Assembly (NCBI GenBank): GCA_963750055.1
Contig: CAVVPI010000011.1
Span: forward strand, 72,503-136,502
DNA: 64,000 nt
Source: an uncultured Actinomycetota bacterium
GTDB lineage: Bacteria > Actinomycetota > Actinomycetes > Mycobacteriales > Micromonosporaceae
Direction of reading: 5' to 3'
The notes below the pieces were generated by a model. It did not search any database. It was not told where the DNA came from and was given only the letters and a program-made list of their open reading frames with translations. Each line of letters begins with the position of its first letter. Position 1 is the first letter of the stretch. The position numbers and the translations under genes were made by a program. Below are positions 61,791-64,000 of this stretch, piece by piece.

Positions 61791-62525
61791 GTGACGCGGG
61801 TGGTGTCCCTGGTGCCGTCGTTGACCGAAGCGGTCGCGGTCACCCTGCCCGGTCTGCTCGTCGGCGCCACCGACTACTGCACCCACCCCGCCGACCTCGG
61901 TGTTACCCGCGTCGGTGGCAGCAAATACCCCGACATCGCCCGGGTGCTCGCCCTACGCCCCGACGTCGTACTGATGAATGTGGAGGAGAATCGCCGCGCC
62001 GACGCCGACGCCCTCGAAGCGGCCGGCGTACGAGTCCGGCTCACCTATCCACGTACCGTGGACGCCGCTCTCGACGAGTTGGCCGAGCTGCTGCGCGACC
62101 TCGGCGCATCCGGCGAACCGGGGTGGCTGGCGTCCGCCCGCACAGCCTGGACGGCGACGGCATCACCTCGGCCGGAACGTACCGTCGTCGTACCGGTCTG
62201 GCGACGGCCGTGGATCCTGGCCGGCGGCGACACCTTCGCCTCCGACGTACTGCGCCGCCTCGGCCTGTGCAACCTGTACGACGACGCGGATCGCTACCCC
62301 CGGCCGAGCCTCGACGAACTGCACGCCCACGCCCCCGACCTGGTCGTACTCCCCGACGAGCCGTACCTGTTCACCCCAACCGACGGGCCCGAGGCCTTCC
62401 CCGGCACACCCTGCGCTCTCGTCTCCGGACGTCACCTGACCTGGTACGGCCCCTCATTGGCCGAGGCTCCGCAGGTCTTGGCCGCGCAGCTCGCCCGCCC
62501 CATCAGGTTCGGGACACCGTCGTAG
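61791..62525 (+). CDS. ABC transporter periplasmic substrate-binding protein (BtuF/FecB-like cluster A-II)
   Basis: 244 aa, intact, GTG start after a GAGGAG SD. 'RVVSLVPSLTEAVAVTLPGLLVGATDYC...PDVVLMNVEEN..' is a typical iron-siderophore/cobalamin SBP N-terminus. No signal peptide is evident, so the start may lie further upstream. Confidence 0.6.
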   Translation: MTRVVSLVPSLTEAVAVTLPGLLVGATDYCTHPADLGVTRVGGSKYPDIARVLALRPDVVLMNVEENRRADADALEAAGVRVRLTYPRTVDAALDELAELLRDLGASGEPGWLASARTAWTATASPRPERTVVVPVWRRPWILAGGDTFASDVLRRLGLCNLYDDADRYPRPSLDELHAHAPDLVVLPDEPYLFTPTDGPEAFPGTPCALVSGRHLTWYGPSLAEAPQVLAAQLARPIRFGTPS

Positions 62526-62637
62526 TCGACATATCTCCACTGATTCACCGCTAGAACAAGCTTTTCCGGCAGGTGTCCTCTGTGTCGGATATTAGTCTCT
62601 ACTGGACTTCGTCGACCAATGATTCGATGATTTCGAT

Positions 62638-63999
62638 CATGAAAAAACTTCTTGCGGCCGCGGGAGCCATCGGGCTCTCACTCGGCCTGGCTGGGGCGGG
62701 GGTGGGCCCCGCCTCGGCGAAAGAGTCAGACCACGCCGTGGCCGTATGTGAGCACCGCCTCTGCCTGTTCGTGCTGAAGCACGCTGCGGACAGTGACGGG
62801 GATGGCTTCACGGACCTGGACGAGGACGTTCTGGGTTATGACTCCAGAAACCCGAGGGATCACCCGGAGGTGAAGGAAGTCCTTGACATGGCGATCGCCC
62901 GTGAGTTGCCCTCGTTCGAGCGGCACCTCACCGAGTTGATCGCGCTGCCGCGGGACACCCCTGAGGGCGATGCGCTCGCCACGGCGTTCGGTGCGGTGAA
63001 GAAGCCCGAGCGAGGGGACTACGTCACGTCCGTCAAGGGGCTGCTGGGTGAGTTGGGTGCCAACGGCTTCGAGAACCTCGGCACGAACATGACCGCGACG
63101 CTGACCCGGAAACCGGACCTGAACCTGCATGAGAAGCTCGAGTTCGCCGGGCTCGGCAACGTCGCTCTCTATGGCGAGCTGGGTGACCGCGGTTTCAAGA
63201 TCGAGGGCCTGGTCGGCCCGACGAGCTTCGGCCTCAACGGCCAGAAGACGCCGACCGGGATCTTCGAGGAGCGATTCATTTACGGTAACGGGGGCGCTTC
63301 GTTCGGGCGCGACTACATGGTCGGGTACGAGGACGGCAGCCGGGACCATGTGTCTTCCACCTCGTTCAAGCAATCAAAATCGTCAACCACCACCGAGACT
63401 AAGCAAACCAGCCACGACGCGGATGGCCGCGCATCCGGTTTCGTGGTGATGACCCACACCGAAAACAAGTTCAACGTGGAGAGCGGCGGGTTCCGCAACA
63501 CGCAGTCCTCGGGCTCGCACAGCAGCGTCGGGCATGGCCAGGGCACGAAGAAATCATTAGTCGAATGGTCGTCCACCAAAACGACGTTCCCTGACGGCTC
63601 GACCAGCTCGCACAGCAAGTCCACGGTTAAAAACTGGGACGAGCGCGGCAATCTCACCGATGAGACCGTGAGCACCACAGTTGAGTCCGGCGGTAAGACG
63701 AAGACGCGGGAGGTGACCACCACCTACGGCGAGGACGGCAAAGTGACCGGTAAGACCGAGACCACCAGCGAGACGGACGAGAACGGTAAAACGACCACGA
63801 CGACGACCGTCTACGACGCCGACGGTAACGTGGTCGATAGCAAAACCACCGAGACCAGTCCCCCGCCGTGCGAGGGGTCCGACTGCCCGGAGAATGGCAC
63901 CTCGCCCGACTCCATACCGAATGCGGAGAACACCGGGATGGGGCCGATCACTGGGGATGACCTGGCCCGGGTAGCGGCCCGACTGAACAGCCTCATCAA
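62638..63999 (+). CDS. secreted Ser/Thr/Gly-rich protein with signal peptide and a D-x-D-G-D-G-x-x-D Ca-binding-like motif (3' partial, runs off the window)
   Basis: Frame-1 ORF from the ATG at 62638, open to the window end. It is not in the ORF track because it has no stop. 'MKKLLAAAGAIGLSLGLAGAGVGPASA|KESDH...DSDGDGFTDLDEDVLGYDSRNP...' then T/S/K/G-rich repeats ('GKTKTREVTTTYGEDGKVTGKTETTSETDENGKTTTTTTVYDADGNVVD'). ~60% GC. Confidence 0.5.
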
Positions 64000-64000
64000 C

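Overview
This is a high-GC (~70%) actinobacterial chromosomal segment. Its core genes match Mycobacterium / Micromonosporaceae-type housekeeping and lipid-catabolism genes. On the plus strand a divergent fadA2 thiolase is followed by fabG4, htdX (MaoC dehydratase), a TetR regulator, an SCP2 protein and an acyl-CoA dehydrogenase. On the minus strand lie purA, purD, fba, an ECF sigma/anti-sigma pair and a flotillin operon.

Three things interrupt or frame this core.
(1) At ~8.9-15.4 kb a ~0.3 kb block and a ~4.3 kb block made almost entirely of A/T/G/C homopolymer runs (up to ~560 nt of poly-T, ~490 nt of poly-A, ~70 nt poly-G) with short unique islands. They sit between two same-orientation IS1380-family copies, one intact and one 3'-truncated and frameshifted. 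This is almost certainly an assembly/sequencing artefact at an IS repeat.
(2) At ~50.2-61.3 kb there is a lower-GC island. It carries a multi-TM membrane protein, a DUF4145-like ORF, a Type I R-M operon (hsdR-hsdS-hsdM, all with frame disruptions) and a translationally coupled HTH-ImmA/IrrE metallopeptidase + PIN-like (DUF4411-type) pair.
(3) The window is framed by two inverted, diverged paralogous modules. Each encodes a DivIVA-domain protein, an ~85 aa domain and a large Cys-rich (multiple CxxC) protein. Beside copy B are tandem remnants of a divergent 'short GntR-HTH <-> DivIVA' unit.

Other recurring structure: two related, perfect 54-bp palindromes (2713 and 18553), strong hairpins at 45744 and 45829, and a 24-bp-stem bidirectional terminator at 42236.

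Many otherwise well-conserved genes carry 1-8 apparent frameshifts each, while neighbouring genes are intact. Short G/C-run indel sequencing errors are the most likely cause, with genuine pseudogenisation the alternative. No rRNA, tRNA or CRISPR was found.
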